A stretch of DNA of 64,000 nucleotides. Source: Betaproteobacteria bacterium. Lineage in GTDB: Bacteria > Pseudomonadota > Gammaproteobacteria > Burkholderiales > SG8-39. Below the pieces are notes generated by a model. The model made no database searches, was not told the origin of the DNA, and was given only the letters and a program-made list of their open reading frames with translations. Below, piece by piece: positions 36,828-47,599 of this stretch. A program made the position numbers and the translations under genes. The stretch is taken from positions 23,164 to 87,163 of the forward strand of contig JAOUIL010000003.1 of the NCBI GenBank assembly GCA_029883975.1, in the 5' to 3' direction. The stretch's first letter is position 1. The number at the start of each line of letters is the position of its first letter.

Positions 36828-37844
36828 ATGGAACAGCTCGAGCGCATCGTCGAGCGCGCGCATGCCGCGTTCCAGGCGGCCGGCGATCCGGCCGCCCTGG
36901 AGAACGCCAAGGCGCGCTTCCTGGGCAAGTCCGGAGAGCTGACCGCACAGCTCAAGAGCCTGGGCGCGCTCGCGCCGGAGGAGCGGCGCAGTGCCGGCGC
37001 GCGCATCAACGCGGCCAAGGAGCAGATCGAGCGCGCCCTGGACGCGCGCCGCGCGCAGCTCGCGGACTCCCGGCTGCAGGCGCGCCTCGCCGAGGAGGCG
37101 ATCGACGTGACCCTGCCGGCGCGCGGCCGCGGGCGCGGCGGCGTGCATCCGATCACGCGCACCTGGCAGAGGGTCGAGGCGATCTTCGGCTCGATCGGCT
37201 TCGATATCGCCGACGGCCCGGAGATCGAGAGCGACTGGTACAACTTCACCGCGCTCAACAATCCGGAGAACCACCCGGCGCGCTCGATGCAGGATACGTT
37301 CTACGTGGACCTGAAGGACGCGCAGGGCCTGCCGGCGCTGCTGCGCACGCACACCAGCCCGATGCAGGTGCGCTACGCGCGCATGCACCGGCCGCCGATC
37401 AAGGTGATCGCGCCGGGGCGCACCTACCGCGTCGACTCGGACGCGACGCACTCGCCCATGTTCCACCAGGTCGAAGGCCTGTGGATCGACGAGGACGTGA
37501 GCTTCGCCGACCTGAAGGGCGTGTACACGGATTTCCTGCACCGCTTCTTCGAGACCGACGCGCTGCAGGTGCGCTTCCGGCCTTCGTACTTCCCGTTCAC
37601 CGAGCCTTCGGCCGAGATCGACATGCAGTTCGGCAGCGGGCCGCTGCGCGGGCGCTGGCTGGAGATTTCCGGGGCGGGCCAGGTGCACCCGAGCGTGGTG
37701 CGCAACTTCGGGCTCGATCCCGAGCGCTGCATCGGCTTCGCGTTCGGCTCGGGTCTGGAGCGGCTCACCATGCTGCGCTACGGCATCGACGACCTGCGCC
37801 TGTTCTTCGACGGCGACTTGCGCTTCCTGCGGCAGTTCGCATGA
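36828..37844 (+). CDS. pheS: Phenylalanine--tRNA ligase alpha subunit
   Basis: [39 protein letters not shown]. Confidence 0.97.
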   Translation: MEQLERIVERAHAAFQAAGDPAALENAKARFLGKSGELTAQLKSLGALAPEERRSAGARINAAKEQIERALDARRAQLADSRLQARLAEEAIDVTLPARGRGRGGVHPITRTWQRVEAIFGSIGFDIADGPEIESDWYNFTALNNPENHPARSMQDTFYVDLKDAQGLPALLRTHTSPMQVRYARMHRPPIKVIAPGRTYRVDSDATHSPMFHQVEGLWIDEDVSFADLKGVYTDFLHRFFETDALQVRFRPSYFPFTEPSAEIDMQFGSGPLRGRWLEISGAGQVHPSVVRNFGLDPERCIGFAFGSGLERLTMLRYGIDDLRLFFDGDLRFLRQFA

Positions 37845-40222
37845 TCGTCCCGGAACACTGGCTGCGCAGCTTCTGCGATCCGTCGCTGACGACGGAGAAG
37901 CTCGCGCACCTGCTTACCATGTCCGGTCTCGAGGTGGAATCGATCGCGGCGGCGGCGCCGGCGTTTCGTGGCGTGGTCGTGGGCGAGATCCTCGAGGTCG
38001 CGCGCCACCCGAACGCCGACAAGCTCACGCTATGCACGGTGCGCGCGGGCAGGGAGCGCCTGCGCGTGGTGTGCGGCGCGCCCAACGTGCGCAAGGGGAT
38101 GAAGGTACCCGTGGCGAGGGTGGGCGCTGAGTTGCCGGGCATGAGCGTGAGCGCGGCGAGCGTGCGCGGGGTGGAGAGCCTCGGCATGCTGTGCTCCGCG
38201 CGCGAGCTCGGTCTCTCGGAGGACCACACGGGACTGCTGGAGTTGCCCGCCTCGGCCAGGCCCGGGACGGACGTGCGCAAGCTGCTCGAGCTGGACGAGC
38301 GCATCCTCACGCTCAAGCTCACGCCCAATCGCGCCGACTGCCTGTCGATGCTCGGCGTGGCGCGCGAGGTTTCGGCGCTCACCGGCACGGCGCTCCGCCT
38401 GCCCGCGCTCAAGCCCGTGCGCGCGCAGAGCCACGCCCGGCATGCGGTGCGCATCACGCACCCGCAGGGCTGCGGACGCTTCGCTGGCCGCGTGCTCCGC
38501 AACGTGAATGCCGCTGCGCCGACGCCGGAATGGATGCGCCGGCGCCTGGAGCGCGCGGGCCAGCGCTCGATCTCGGCGCTGGTCGACGTCACCAACTACG
38601 TCATGCTCGAGCTCGGCCGCCCGCTGCACGTGTACGACCTGGACAAGCTCTCCGGGCCGATCGACGTGCGCTGGGGCCGCCCGGGCGAGAAGGTCCTGCT
38701 GCTGAACGGCCAGGAAGTCGCGCTCGACGACTCGGTGCTGTGCATCACCGATGACTCCGGCCCGATCGGCCTCGCGGGCATCATGGGCGGGGAATCGACC
38801 AAGGCGGAGCCAAGCTCGCGCCACATCTTCCTCGAGTCGGCCTTCTTCTTCCCCGAGGCGGTCGCCGGGCGCGCGCGGCGCTACAACTTCACCAGCGACG
38901 CCGCGCACCGCTTCGAGCGCGGCGTCGACTTCGGCAACAACGTCGAGGGCATCGAGCGCGCCACGCGGCTCATCCTCGACATCTGCGGCGGCGATCCGGG
39001 GCCGACGGTCGACCAGGTCAGGCGCCTGCCGCGACGCAAGCCGGTGCGCATGCGCGTGACGCGGGCGCAGAAGGTGATCGGCATGCCGGTCTCCGAGAAG
39101 GAGATGGCGCAGGCGTTCGCCCGCCTGCGGCTGCCCGCGCGCCGCGCGAAGGGCGCTTTCAGCGTCACGCCCCCCTCGTATCGCTTCGACCTGCAGATCG
39201 AGGAGGACCTGATCGAGGAGGTCGCGCGCCTGCACGGCTTCGATCGCATTCCCGCGCATCCGCCGCGCGCGCGCGCCGTCATGGCGGCCGTGCCCGAGGC
39301 ACGGCGCTCGCTGCATGCGCTGCGCGAGCGCCTCGCGGCCTGCGACTTCCAGGAGGTCGTGAACTTCAGCTTCGTCGAGCCGGCGTGGGAAAGCGACTTG
39401 TGCGGCGGGCCCGACCCCATCCGGCTGCTCAACCCGATCGCCAGCCAGCAGTCGGTGATGCGTACGTCGCTGCTCGGCGGGCTGATCGCCAACGTGCGCT
39501 ACAACCTGGCGCGCAAGCTCGAGCGCGTCCGCGTGTTCGAGGTCGGGCGCGTGTACCTGCGTGACAGCGGGCAGCCGGATGCCCCGCTCGAGGTCGGGGG
39601 TGTGCGCCAACCCGTGCGCATTGCGGCAGCCGCCTTCGGGCCGGCCTGGGAGGATCAGTGGGGCATGCCGGGCCGGCCGGTTGACCTGTTCGACCTCAAG
39701 GCGGACCTCGACGCGCTGGCCGCGCCGCTCAAGCTGCGCTACGAGGCGGCCGAGCATCCGGCCCTGCACCCCGGCAGGTCGGCTCGAGTGCACCTGGGGG
39801 ACCAGGCGATCGGCTGGATCGGCGAGCTGCACCCCCGATGGCAGCAAAAGTACGAGCTTCCCCAGAGCGTTGCGATGTTCGAGGCCGAAGCCGCTGCATT
39901 GCAGCAATGTCCACTGCCGGCCCCCAGGGTACCTTCCAAGTACCCGCCGGCGGCGCGCGACATCGCTTTGTTAGTGAATACTGACATCACGGCAGATGCG
40001 CTTCTGGCTGTGGCCATGGCGGAAATGCCGATCATCGTGCAGAGCATCCGACTATTTGATTTGTACCAGGGTTCGAACCTCCCCGCGGGGAAAAAAAGCC
40101 TTGCTTTCCGGGTAGTTATGCAAGATACTGAACGAACCCTCACGGATGCGGAGGCCGACTCGGCGCGAGATGCGCTGGTCGCGCTGTGGGGCCGTCGTTT
40201 CGGTGCGACACCCCGCGTATAA
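37841..40222 (+). CDS. pheT: Phenylalanine--tRNA ligase beta subunit
   Basis: [44 protein letters not shown]. Confidence 0.96.
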   Translation: MIVPEHWLRSFCDPSLTTEKLAHLLTMSGLEVESIAAAAPAFRGVVVGEILEVARHPNADKLTLCTVRAGRERLRVVCGAPNVRKGMKVPVARVGAELPGMSVSAASVRGVESLGMLCSARELGLSEDHTGLLELPASARPGTDVRKLLELDERILTLKLTPNRADCLSMLGVAREVSALTGTALRLPALKPVRAQSHARHAVRITHPQGCGRFAGRVLRNVNAAAPTPEWMRRRLERAGQRSISALVDVTNYVMLELGRPLHVYDLDKLSGPIDVRWGRPGEKVLLLNGQEVALDDSVLCITDDSGPIGLAGIMGGESTKAEPSSRHIFLESAFFFPEAVAGRARRYNFTSDAAHRFERGVDFGNNVEGIERATRLILDICGGDPGPTVDQVRRLPRRKPVRMRVTRAQKVIGMPVSEKEMAQAFARLRLPARRAKGAFSVTPPSYRFDLQIEEDLIEEVARLHGFDRIPAHPPRARAVMAAVPEARRSLHALRERLAACDFQEVVNFSFVEPAWESDLCGGPDPIRLLNPIASQQSVMRTSLLGGLIANVRYNLARKLERVRVFEVGRVYLRDSGQPDAPLEVGGVRQPVRIAAAAFGPAWEDQWGMPGRPVDLFDLKADLDALAAPLKLRYEAAEHPALHPGRSARVHLGDQAIGWIGELHPRWQQKYELPQSVAMFEAEAAALQQCPLPAPRVPSKYPPAARDIALLVNTDITADALLAVAMAEMPIIVQSIRLFDLYQGSNLPAGKKSLAFRVVMQDTERTLTDAEADSARDALVALWGRRFGATPRV

Positions 40223-40244
40223 ATAAAGAAATCAGGGAGTTGTG

Positions 40245-40562
40245 ATGACTTTGACCAAGGCCGAACTGGCCGACCTTCTATTCGAGAAGGTCGGACTGAA
40301 CAAGCGCGAGGCCAAGGACATGGTCGAAGCCTTCTTCGAGGAGATTCGCGGCGCCTTGGAGCGGGGGGAGAGCGTCAAGCTTTCCGGGTTCGGCAACTTC
40401 CAGCTTCGCGACAAGCCGCAGCGTCCGGGCCGCAATCCCAAGACCGGCGAGGAGATCCCCATCAGCGCCCGCCGCGTGGTCACCTTTCACGCCAGCCAGA
40501 AGCTGAAGGCGATGGTGGAGAAGGCGCGCCATGGAAAGCCGCAGCCCCAGCAAGAAAGCTGA
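40245..40562 (+). CDS. ihfA: Integration host factor alpha
   Basis: [31 protein letters not shown]; follows pheT. Confidence 0.96.
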   Translation: MTLTKAELADLLFEKVGLNKREAKDMVEAFFEEIRGALERGESVKLSGFGNFQLRDKPQRPGRNPKTGEEIPISARRVVTFHASQKLKAMVEKARHGKPQPQQES

Positions 40563-40914
40563 CCTTCCGCCGATACCGGCGAAGCGCTACTTCACCATCG
40601 GTGAGGTGAGCGAGCTGTGCGGCGTGAAGCCCCACGTGCTGCGCTACTGGGAACAGGAGTTCACGCAGCTCAAGCCGGTCAAGCGGCGCGGCAACCGGCG
40701 CTACTATCAGCACCACGAGGTGCTGCTCATCCGCCGCATCCGCGAGCTGCTGTACGAGGAAGGATTCACGATCAGCGGCGCGCGCAATCGCCTGGACAAT
40801 GCGGCCCTGGGCGGCGAGGAGCGCGCCGCGCCGGCGCCGCGGCCTCCGGGTGGGGCGGATCTCGGCGCGATCCGGCGCGAGCTGCGTGCGCTGCTCGACG
40901 CCCTGCGCCCCTGA
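40531..40914 (+). CDS. MerR family regulator conserved downstream of ihfA
   Basis: [40 protein letters not shown]. Confidence 0.92.
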   Translation: MESRSPSKKADLPPIPAKRYFTIGEVSELCGVKPHVLRYWEQEFTQLKPVKRRGNRRYYQHHEVLLIRRIRELLYEEGFTISGARNRLDNAALGGEERAAPAPRPPGGADLGAIRRELRALLDALRP

Positions 40915-40929
40915 TAGACTCTTGCACTT

Positions 40930-41006
40930 CGGGGCGTAGCGCAGCCTGGTAGCGTACCTGCATGGGGTGCAGGTGGTCGCGAGTTCGAATCTCGCCGCCC
41001 CGACCA
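40930..41006 (+). tRNA. tRNA-Pro (GGG)
   Basis: CGGGGCG acceptor stem, anticodon arm CCTGC-ATGGGGT-GCAGG, TTCGAAT, CCA. Confidence 0.96.
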
Positions 41007-41116
41007 ATCTCCTGGACAGATCACCGACCCTCGGGGAATTCCCCTAGGGACATCGCAGATTTACCGCGCCGCGGGCTCCCCCTAGGCTTCGGCCCGTCGT
41101 CCAAGCCCGAAGCCGC

Positions 41117-42286
41117 ATGAACCGCCTTTCCATACGCACCCAGCTGGTCGCGCTGTGGGCGATCTGCTTCGTGCCGATCGCAGCGCTGGGCATGCTGGTG
41201 GTGACCGGCACCGGCCGGGGCGCGGCTGCGTGGATCGTGTCCGCGTTCGCCGCACTGACGCTCTCCGGCGCTTTGTACTGGCTTTCGCGGCGATTGCGGG
41301 AGGACTTCGCGCGCATGGCCTGCGCCATGCACGGTCTGGCGCAGGGCAGCCTGACGGCACGCATGGAACCGCGGGCCTGCGCCGAAACGCTTGCCATCGG
41401 GCAGGAGTTCAACGGCGCGCTGCAGCGCGTCCATGCGCTTCTCGACCAGGTGCAGGCAGCCGCGCGTCAGTTGCTGTTGGCTTCCGGGGAGATCTCGCAG
41501 GGTCACGCGGACCTTTCCACGCGCACCGAGAAGCAGGCCTCGTCGCTCGAGGAGGCGGCCTCGGCGATGGAGCAGATGACGGCCACGGTGTCGCAGAACG
41601 CGGAGAACGCAAAGCGTGCGAACCAGCATGCCGCGGCAGCCGCGGAGGTGGCCAAGCGGGGCGGACAGGCGGTGGCGGGCGTCGTGGGCACCATGATGAG
41701 CATCTCCGAGTCTTCCGGCAGGATCTCCGACATCATCAGCGTGATCGACGCCCTCGCGTTCCAGACCAACATCCTCGCCCTGAACGCTGCGGTCGAGGCG
41801 GCGCGCGCCGGCGAACAGGGACGGGGGTTCGCGGTGGTGGCCGCCGAGGTCAGAAGCCTTGCCCAGCGCTCGGCAGCGGCCGCCAAGGAGATTCGCCAGC
41901 TGATTCTCGACTCGGTTGGGCGCGTCGATGCCGGCTCCCGGCAGGTGGAGGAAGCGGGCGAAACCATGGCCGAGATCGTGAGCGCGGTGCAGCGCGTACA
42001 CGATCTGATCGCGGAAATATCCTCTGCCTCGCAGGAGCAATCGCAGAGCCTGTCCCAGGTGAGCGAGATCGTGCAGGAGCTCGAAAAGGTGACGCAGCAG
42101 AACGCGGCTCTGGTCGAGCAGGCCTCGGGGTTGTCCGCATCCATGGATGAGCAGTCGTCGGCGCTGGCGATTGCCGTGGGCAAGTTCGGGCTGCTCGAGC
42201 GGCAGCCCGCGTCCGGACGGGCCGTGCGGCGGCCTGTGGCGGCGCTTTCCTGGGCCGAGCGCTCGGATACCGTGAAGGAGGTCTGA
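41117..42286 (+). CDS. Methyl-accepting chemotaxis protein without a periplasmic sensor domain
   Basis: [43 protein letters not shown] hairpin tip; two adjacent TM helices plus a HAMP-like segment. Confidence 0.93.
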   Translation: MNRLSIRTQLVALWAICFVPIAALGMLVVTGTGRGAAAWIVSAFAALTLSGALYWLSRRLREDFARMACAMHGLAQGSLTARMEPRACAETLAIGQEFNGALQRVHALLDQVQAAARQLLLASGEISQGHADLSTRTEKQASSLEEAASAMEQMTATVSQNAENAKRANQHAAAAAEVAKRGGQAVAGVVGTMMSISESSGRISDIISVIDALAFQTNILALNAAVEAARAGEQGRGFAVVAAEVRSLAQRSAAAAKEIRQLILDSVGRVDAGSRQVEEAGETMAEIVSAVQRVHDLIAEISSASQEQSQSLSQVSEIVQELEKVTQQNAALVEQASGLSASMDEQSSALAIAVGKFGLLERQPASGRAVRRPVAALSWAERSDTVKEV

Positions 42287-42321
42287 TCCCGAGCCCGCGG
42301 CCGGGCCCCCGGGGGCTTGGC

Positions 42322-42516
42322 TCAGGGGCCGTTGCCGGCGCGCCCCAGCCAGGAAGTCACGAGCTCGATGAGGCCGACCAGGGGCGCATGTCGAGGCGGC
42401 TTCGCGCACGGGGCGCTCTCGACGTACCCGGGGCGGCTGATGGCATTGATTTCGCGGAGTCCTCCCGGCAGCGCCTCCGCACCGATGTCTTCGAGCGACT
42501 GGTCCGTCTTACGCAT
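42322..42516 (-). CDS. Possible small hypothetical protein
   Basis: ATG overlaps the end of the upstream ORF; no recognisable motif. Confidence 0.3.
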   Translation of the reverse strand: MRKTDQSLEDIGAEALPGGLREINAISRPGYVESAPCAKPPRHAPLVGLIELVTSWLGRAGNGP

Positions 42517-42913
42517 GGCGGGGCACTCCTGGGCCCGCCGACCGCGCCGGCGCCGGCTCGGGCGGGATGTCCTCGATCCTGCGGCAGGCGAGCGTGAGGC
42601 ACAGATCCAATTCGAGCAGGTCCGGCTCCACGGCCAGCCCGGCGCTGGTCAGCGCGGCGCACTGCCCGTGCACAGCCTCGCGCATCTTGCACAGGTCGGC
42701 GCTGCCGAGCGGCGGCGACGGATGCTGCTGCAAGTCGAACGGCGCCCAGCCTGCGTCGATGCGCTGGATGCGCGCGATGCGCTCCGCCGGCCACGAATCG
42801 AGATAGCGCCGCACTGCCTCGACGACGTCGGATCTCACGCTTGCCTGTGTGAGCAGGCCGGTGAAGCGCTGCAGTGCGACTTGCGAGTCGACCTCGGTGC
42901 GGGCGGCAGTCAT
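42509..42913 (-). CDS. Hypothetical protein
   Basis: AGGGGG RBS before ATG at 42913; MTAARTEVDSQ...VVEAVRRYLDSW... Confidence 0.6.
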   Translation of the reverse strand: MTAARTEVDSQVALQRFTGLLTQASVRSDVVEAVRRYLDSWPAERIARIQRIDAGWAPFDLQQHPSPPLGSADLCKMREAVHGQCAALTSAGLAVEPDLLELDLCLTLACRRIEDIPPEPAPARSAGPGVPRHA

Positions 42914-43084
42914 GGCGGTCCCCCTGTGAGCTGCACCTCGATTCAACTCCACATTCGTGGCCGACCGTTGTAAACGTATGCAAGGCATTTTCGTCTTCGC
43001 GGCGCGGCAGCTCGCGCCGCGAATTCTGATAAAGTCTCGCGCACCGCAAGCGGTATGGATGTACTGAGGGCGAGCGTCGACGAC

Positions 43085-43990
43085 ATGGTCAAAGACAAAG
43101 TGGTAGTGATCACCGGCGCCGGCGGCGGCATCGGCAGGGACTTCGCGCTCGCGTTCGCCGCCCATGGCGCGCGGGTCGTGGTCAATGACCTGGGGACTAC
43201 GGTCACGGGCGAAGGTGCAAGCGCGCATCCCGCGCAGAACGTCGTCGACGAGATCCGCGCCAAGGGCGGCGAGGCTGTTGCCAGTACCGAGAGCGTGGCG
43301 GACTGGGAGGCGGCGAACCGCATCGTGAAGACGGCGATCGACGCGTTCGGCCATCTCGACTGCGTGGTGAACAACGCCGGCATCCTGCGCGACCGGTTCT
43401 TCTTCAACATGTCGGTGGAGGAGTGGCGCGCGGTCATCGACGTGCACCTGAACGGCGCGTTCTACGTCTCGCGCGCCGCGGCGCCGTACTTCAAGAGCCA
43501 GAATTCCGGCAGCTACGTGCACATGACCTCGACCTCGGGTCTGATTGGCAACCTCGGGCAGGCGAACTACTCCGCAGCCAAGCTGGGCATCGTCGGGCTG
43601 TCCAAGTCGATCGCGCTGGACATGGCGCGCCACGGCGTGCGCTCGAACTGCATCGCGCCGTTCGCCTGGAGCCGCATGATCGGCTCGATTCCCACGGACA
43701 CTCCAGAGCAAAGGGCGCGCGTGGAACGCATGAAGGTCATGGAGACCGCCAAGATCGCGCCGCTGGCGGTGTACCTCGCGAGCCCGGCGGCGGAGGGTGT
43801 CAGCGGGCAGATCTTCGCCGTGCGCGCCAACGAGCTGTTCCTCATGTCGCAGAGCCGGCCGGTGCGCTCGGTGCACCGTGCGGGCGGCTGGACGCCGGAG
43901 GGCATCGCCGCGCACGGCATGCCGGCGCTGCGGCAGGGCTTCTTCCCCCTCGATCGCACGCAGGACGTCTTCACGTGGGACCCGCTGTAG
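43085..43990 (+). CDS. SDR family oxidoreductase (3-hydroxyacyl-CoA dehydrogenase-like)
   Basis: TGAGGGIG, VVVNDLG, NNAGILRDR, YSAAK. Confidence 0.92.
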   Translation: MVKDKVVVITGAGGGIGRDFALAFAAHGARVVVNDLGTTVTGEGASAHPAQNVVDEIRAKGGEAVASTESVADWEAANRIVKTAIDAFGHLDCVVNNAGILRDRFFFNMSVEEWRAVIDVHLNGAFYVSRAAAPYFKSQNSGSYVHMTSTSGLIGNLGQANYSAAKLGIVGLSKSIALDMARHGVRSNCIAPFAWSRMIGSIPTDTPEQRARVERMKVMETAKIAPLAVYLASPAAEGVSGQIFAVRANELFLMSQSRPVRSVHRAGGWTPEGIAAHGMPALRQGFFPLDRTQDVFTWDPL

Positions 43991-45141
43991 CCGGCGCGGG
44001 GCACGAGGAGCTGCGCGCGGGCGTGCGGGCCCTGTGCGCGCAGTTCGACTCCGCCTACTGGCAGAAGGTGGACGAGGCGCGCGCCTACCCGGAGGCCTTC
44101 GTCGACGCGCTGACCGGGGCCGGCTGGATGGCGGCCCTGATTCCCGAGCAGTACGGCGGCTCCGGACTGTCGCTGACCGAGGCGACGGTGATCATGGAGG
44201 AAATCTCGCGCTCGGGCGGCAACCCCGGCTGCTGCCACGGCCAGATGTACAACATGAACACGCTGCTGCGCAATGGCTCGGAAGCGCAGAAGAAGAAGTA
44301 CCTGCCGAAGATCGCCTCGGGCGAGCTGCGCATGCAGGCGATGGGCGTCACCGAGCCCACGGCGGGCACCGATACCACCAAGATCAAGACCGTGGCGGTG
44401 AGGAAGGGCGATCGCTACGTGGTGAACGGCCAGAAGGTGTGGACCTCGCGCCTGCAGCACTCGGACCTGATGATCCTGCTGGCGCGCACCACGCCGCTCG
44501 GCGAGGTGGCAAAGAAATCCGACGGCATGTCGGTGTTCCTCGTGGAGAAGAAGGAAGCGCTCGGCAAGGGCCTGACCATGCGGCCGATCCGCAACATGGT
44601 GAACCACGAAACGAACGAGGTGTTCTTCGACAATCTCGAGATCCCCGCGGAGAACCTGATCGGCGCGGAGGGCAAGGGTTTCCGCTACATCCTCGATGGC
44701 CTGAACGCCGAGCGCATCCTGATTGCCGCCGAGTGCATCGGCGACGGCTACTGGTTCGTCGAGCGCGCGACGAAGTACGCGAAGGAGCGCGTGGTGTTCG
44801 ACCGGCCGATCGGCCAGAACCAGGGCATCCAGTTCCCGATCGCCGAAGCGTACATGGAGGTGGAGGCCGCGAACCTGATGCGCTACAAGGCCGCCGCCTT
44901 GTACGACGCGAGGCAGCACTGCGGGGCGGAGGCCAACATGGCCAAGCACCTCGGCGCCAAGGCGTCCTGGGAGGCGGCCAACGTCTGCCTGCAGACGCAT
45001 GGCGGCTTCGGCTTTGCCGCCGAGTACGACGTGGAGCGCAAGTTCCGCGAGACGCGCCTGTACCTGGTGGCGCCGATCTCCACCAACCTGATCCTCTCCT
45101 ACGTCGCCGAGCACGTGCTGGGGCTGCCGCGCTCGTTCTAG
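43975..45141 (+). CDS. Acyl-CoA dehydrogenase
   Basis: IPEQYGGSG, VTEPTAGTD, VNGQKVWTS, R..FDRPIGQNQGIQF, QTHGGFGF. Start is approximate. Confidence 0.93.
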   Translation: MGPAVAGAGHEELRAGVRALCAQFDSAYWQKVDEARAYPEAFVDALTGAGWMAALIPEQYGGSGLSLTEATVIMEEISRSGGNPGCCHGQMYNMNTLLRNGSEAQKKKYLPKIASGELRMQAMGVTEPTAGTDTTKIKTVAVRKGDRYVVNGQKVWTSRLQHSDLMILLARTTPLGEVAKKSDGMSVFLVEKKEALGKGLTMRPIRNMVNHETNEVFFDNLEIPAENLIGAEGKGFRYILDGLNAERILIAAECIGDGYWFVERATKYAKERVVFDRPIGQNQGIQFPIAEAYMEVEAANLMRYKAAALYDARQHCGAEANMAKHLGAKASWEAANVCLQTHGGFGFAAEYDVERKFRETRLYLVAPISTNLILSYVAEHVLGLPRSF

Positions 45142-45177
45142 GGCGCGGACGCACCGTCGGCTAGAATCGCCCCGGCG

Positions 45178-45921
45178 ATGCGCATCCTGGTGTCCAACGA
45201 CGACGGCTACTTCTCACCCGGCATTGCGCTGCTGGCCGAGCGGCTCGCATCGCTCGGCGACGTCACGGTGGTCGCGCCCGAGCGCGACCGCTCCGGGGCG
45301 TCCAATTCGCTCACGCTCGATCGCCCGCTGTCGGTGCGCCGTGCGGCCAACGGCTTCTTCTTCGTCAACGGCACGCCGACCGACTGCGTGCACCTCGCCG
45401 TCACGGGCTTGCTCGATTTCCAGCCCGACGTCGTGGTTTCCGGCGTGAACCTGGGCGCCAACATGGGCGACGACACCATCTACTCGGGCACGGTGGCGGC
45501 CGCGACCGAGGGCTTCCTGCTGGGCATTCCTTCGCTCGCCGTTTCGCTCGCCAGCAAGGAAGGCCGTCATGTCGAGAGCGCGGTGGACGTGGCGCAGGCG
45601 CTGGTCGAGCGCTTGCGGCGCGCGCCGCTCGGCCAGCCCGTGCTGCTCAACGTCAACGTGCCGGACGTGCCCGCCGCCGAGCGCGGGCCGATGGAAATCA
45701 CGCGACTCGGCCGGCGCCACAAGGCCGAGCCGGTGGTGAAGATGCGCACGCCGCGCGGCGAGCAGGCGTTCTGGATCGGGCCCGCGGGCGGTGCCGCCGA
45801 CGCCGGCCCCGGGACCGACTTCCATGCCGTGGCGAGCGGCCGCGTGTCGGTCACGCCGCTGCAGATCGATCTCACGTTCCATGCGCAGTGCGCGCCGGTG
45901 CGCGAGTGGCTGGACCGCTGA
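45178..45921 (+). CDS. surE: 5'/3'-nucleotidase SurE
   Basis: [31 protein letters not shown]. Confidence 0.96.
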   Translation: MRILVSNDDGYFSPGIALLAERLASLGDVTVVAPERDRSGASNSLTLDRPLSVRRAANGFFFVNGTPTDCVHLAVTGLLDFQPDVVVSGVNLGANMGDDTIYSGTVAAATEGFLLGIPSLAVSLASKEGRHVESAVDVAQALVERLRRAPLGQPVLLNVNVPDVPAAERGPMEITRLGRRHKAEPVVKMRTPRGEQAFWIGPAGGAADAGPGTDFHAVASGRVSVTPLQIDLTFHAQCAPVREWLDR

Positions 45922-46613
45922 ACGCACGCGGCGCGCGCGCCGCACGCGATCTCGCCGGCATCGGCATGACGTCGCAGCGCACGCGCCTGCGCATGGTGGA
46001 GCGTCTGCGCCGCAAGGGAATCCGCGACGAGCGCGTGCTCGCCGCCATGGCCGCCGTGCCGCGGCACCTGTTCGTGGACGAGGCGCTCGCCAGCCGCGCG
46101 TACGAGGACACGGCCTTGCCCATCGGCTTCAGCCAGACGATTTCCCAGCCGTACGTGGTGGCGCGCATGCTCGAGTCGTTGCTCGGCGACACTTCGGTGC
46201 CGCGCAAGGTGCTGGAAGTGGGCACGGGCTGCGGCTATCAGGCGGCGGTGCTCGCGCAGCTGGGGGGCGAGGTGTACTCGATCGAGAGAATCCGCGCGCT
46301 GCTGGAGCGCGCGCGGGTGAATCTTCGCGCGCTGCGGCTGTCGAATTTGCGGTTGACGCACGCGGACGGCAGCGCCGGGCTGCAGGTGGCCGCGCCCTTC
46401 GATGCCATCGTCGTGGCGGCGGCAGCGTCGTGCGTGCCCGAGGCCCTCTTACGGCAGCTGGCGCCCGGTGGCAGAATGGTGCTGCCGCTGAAGACGGGAT
46501 CGGCGCCGCGCGCTGCGCAGCGTCTCGCGTTATACGAGCGCGGGGTCCGCGGCATCACCGAGTCTGTGCTCGACGAAGTGCTGTTTGTGCCCCTCGAGAC
46601 GGGAAAGCTATGA
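45918..46613 (+). CDS. pcm: Protein-L-isoaspartate O-methyltransferase
   Basis: [36 protein letters not shown]. Start is either CTG at 45918 or ATG at 45966. Confidence 0.92.
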   Translation: MNARGARAARDLAGIGMTSQRTRLRMVERLRRKGIRDERVLAAMAAVPRHLFVDEALASRAYEDTALPIGFSQTISQPYVVARMLESLLGDTSVPRKVLEVGTGCGYQAAVLAQLGGEVYSIERIRALLERARVNLRALRLSNLRLTHADGSAGLQVAAPFDAIVVAAAASCVPEALLRQLAPGGRMVLPLKTGSAPRAAQRLALYERGVRGITESVLDEVLFVPLETGKL

Positions 46614-47599
46614 TCAACCGACAGACGCAAGGCCGGGCGCTGATCTGCATCGCGGCGCTGCTCGTCCTGGCGGGGTGCGGGTCCGCGCCGGTGCAGGCGC
46701 CCGTCACCGACGGCCGCCCGCCGGTCGCGCCCAAGCCCGAGCCCGTGGCGCCCGCGGCGCCGGTCGCGGCGGCGCAGCCGGGCGTCCCGCCGGGCCATTA
46801 CCTGGTCAAGCGCGGCGACACGCTGTACAGCATCGCGCTGGAGAACGGCGCAGACTACCGCGACGTGGCGCGCTGGAACAACCTGGACGACCCGACCAAG
46901 ATCGCGGTCGGACAGGTACTGCGCGTGGCGGCGCCCGAGGGTGCGCCGGGCGTCCAGGTCGGCGCGGCGCCGGGAACCTCGCGGGTCCAGGCCCGGCCGC
47001 TGGAGGGCAGCGTGGCGGCGCGGCCGCTGCAGGCTGATGGCGCGACGAAGGTCTCTCCCAAGGCCCTGCGCCTGCCGTACAGCGAGGAAAATCTGGCGAT
47101 GCTTGCGCGTGGCGAGGCAGCTCCCGTACCTTCGGCCACGCCCGCAGCGGCTGCCGCCGCACCGGCTGCGGCAACAGTCAAGCCCGAGCCGCCGAAGACT
47201 GCCGCGGTGGCGCGTGACCCCACGGGCATCGATTTCATCTGGCCGGCCAAAGGCGGTCTGCTGGCGAGGTTCGCGGAGCCCAACAGCAAGGGCGTGGACA
47301 TCGCCGGCAAGGCGGGCGATCCGGTGGTGGCGGCAGCGTCGGGCCAGGTGCTGTACACGGGCACCGGCATCCGCGGCTTCGGCAAGCTGATCGTCATCCG
47401 CCACGAGAACGGCTTCAGCAGCGTCTATGCGCACAACCGCGAAATCCTCGTGAAGGAGGGCCAGTCGGTGACGCGCGGCCAGCGCATCGCCGAGCTGGGC
47501 GACACTGACGCCGACCGGCCGAAGCTGCATTTCGAGATCCGCAAGTCCGGCAAGCCGGTAGATCCGATGCAGTACCTGCCCGGGGAGCGCCCGACCTAA
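46610..47599 (+). CDS. nlpD: Lipoprotein NlpD (LysM plus degenerate M23 domain)
   Basis: LAGC lipobox, [11 protein letters not shown] LysM, KGVDIAG, YAHN, LHFEIR. Confidence 0.9.
   Translation: MINRQTQGRALICIAALLVLAGCGSAPVQAPVTDGRPPVAPKPEPVAPAAPVAAAQPGVPPGHYLVKRGDTLYSIALENGADYRDVARWNNLDDPTKIAVGQVLRVAAPEGAPGVQVGAAPGTSRVQARPLEGSVAARPLQADGATKVSPKALRLPYSEENLAMLARGEAAPVPSATPAAAAAAPAAATVKPEPPKTAAVARDPTGIDFIWPAKGGLLARFAEPNSKGVDIAGKAGDPVVAAASGQVLYTGTGIRGFGKLIVIRHENGFSSVYAHNREILVKEGQSVTRGQRIAELGDTDADRPKLHFEIRKSGKPVDPMQYLPGERPT

Noticed and set aside
42997-43024. Riboswitch at hairpin TTCGCGGCGCG-N6-CGCGCCGCGAA
   Set aside because: A single GC-rich stem without recognisable aptamer motifs.
40985-43080. 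Genomic island bounded by a tRNA-Pro 3' duplication
   Set aside because: No convincing repeat of the tRNA 3' end and no integrase found by eye.
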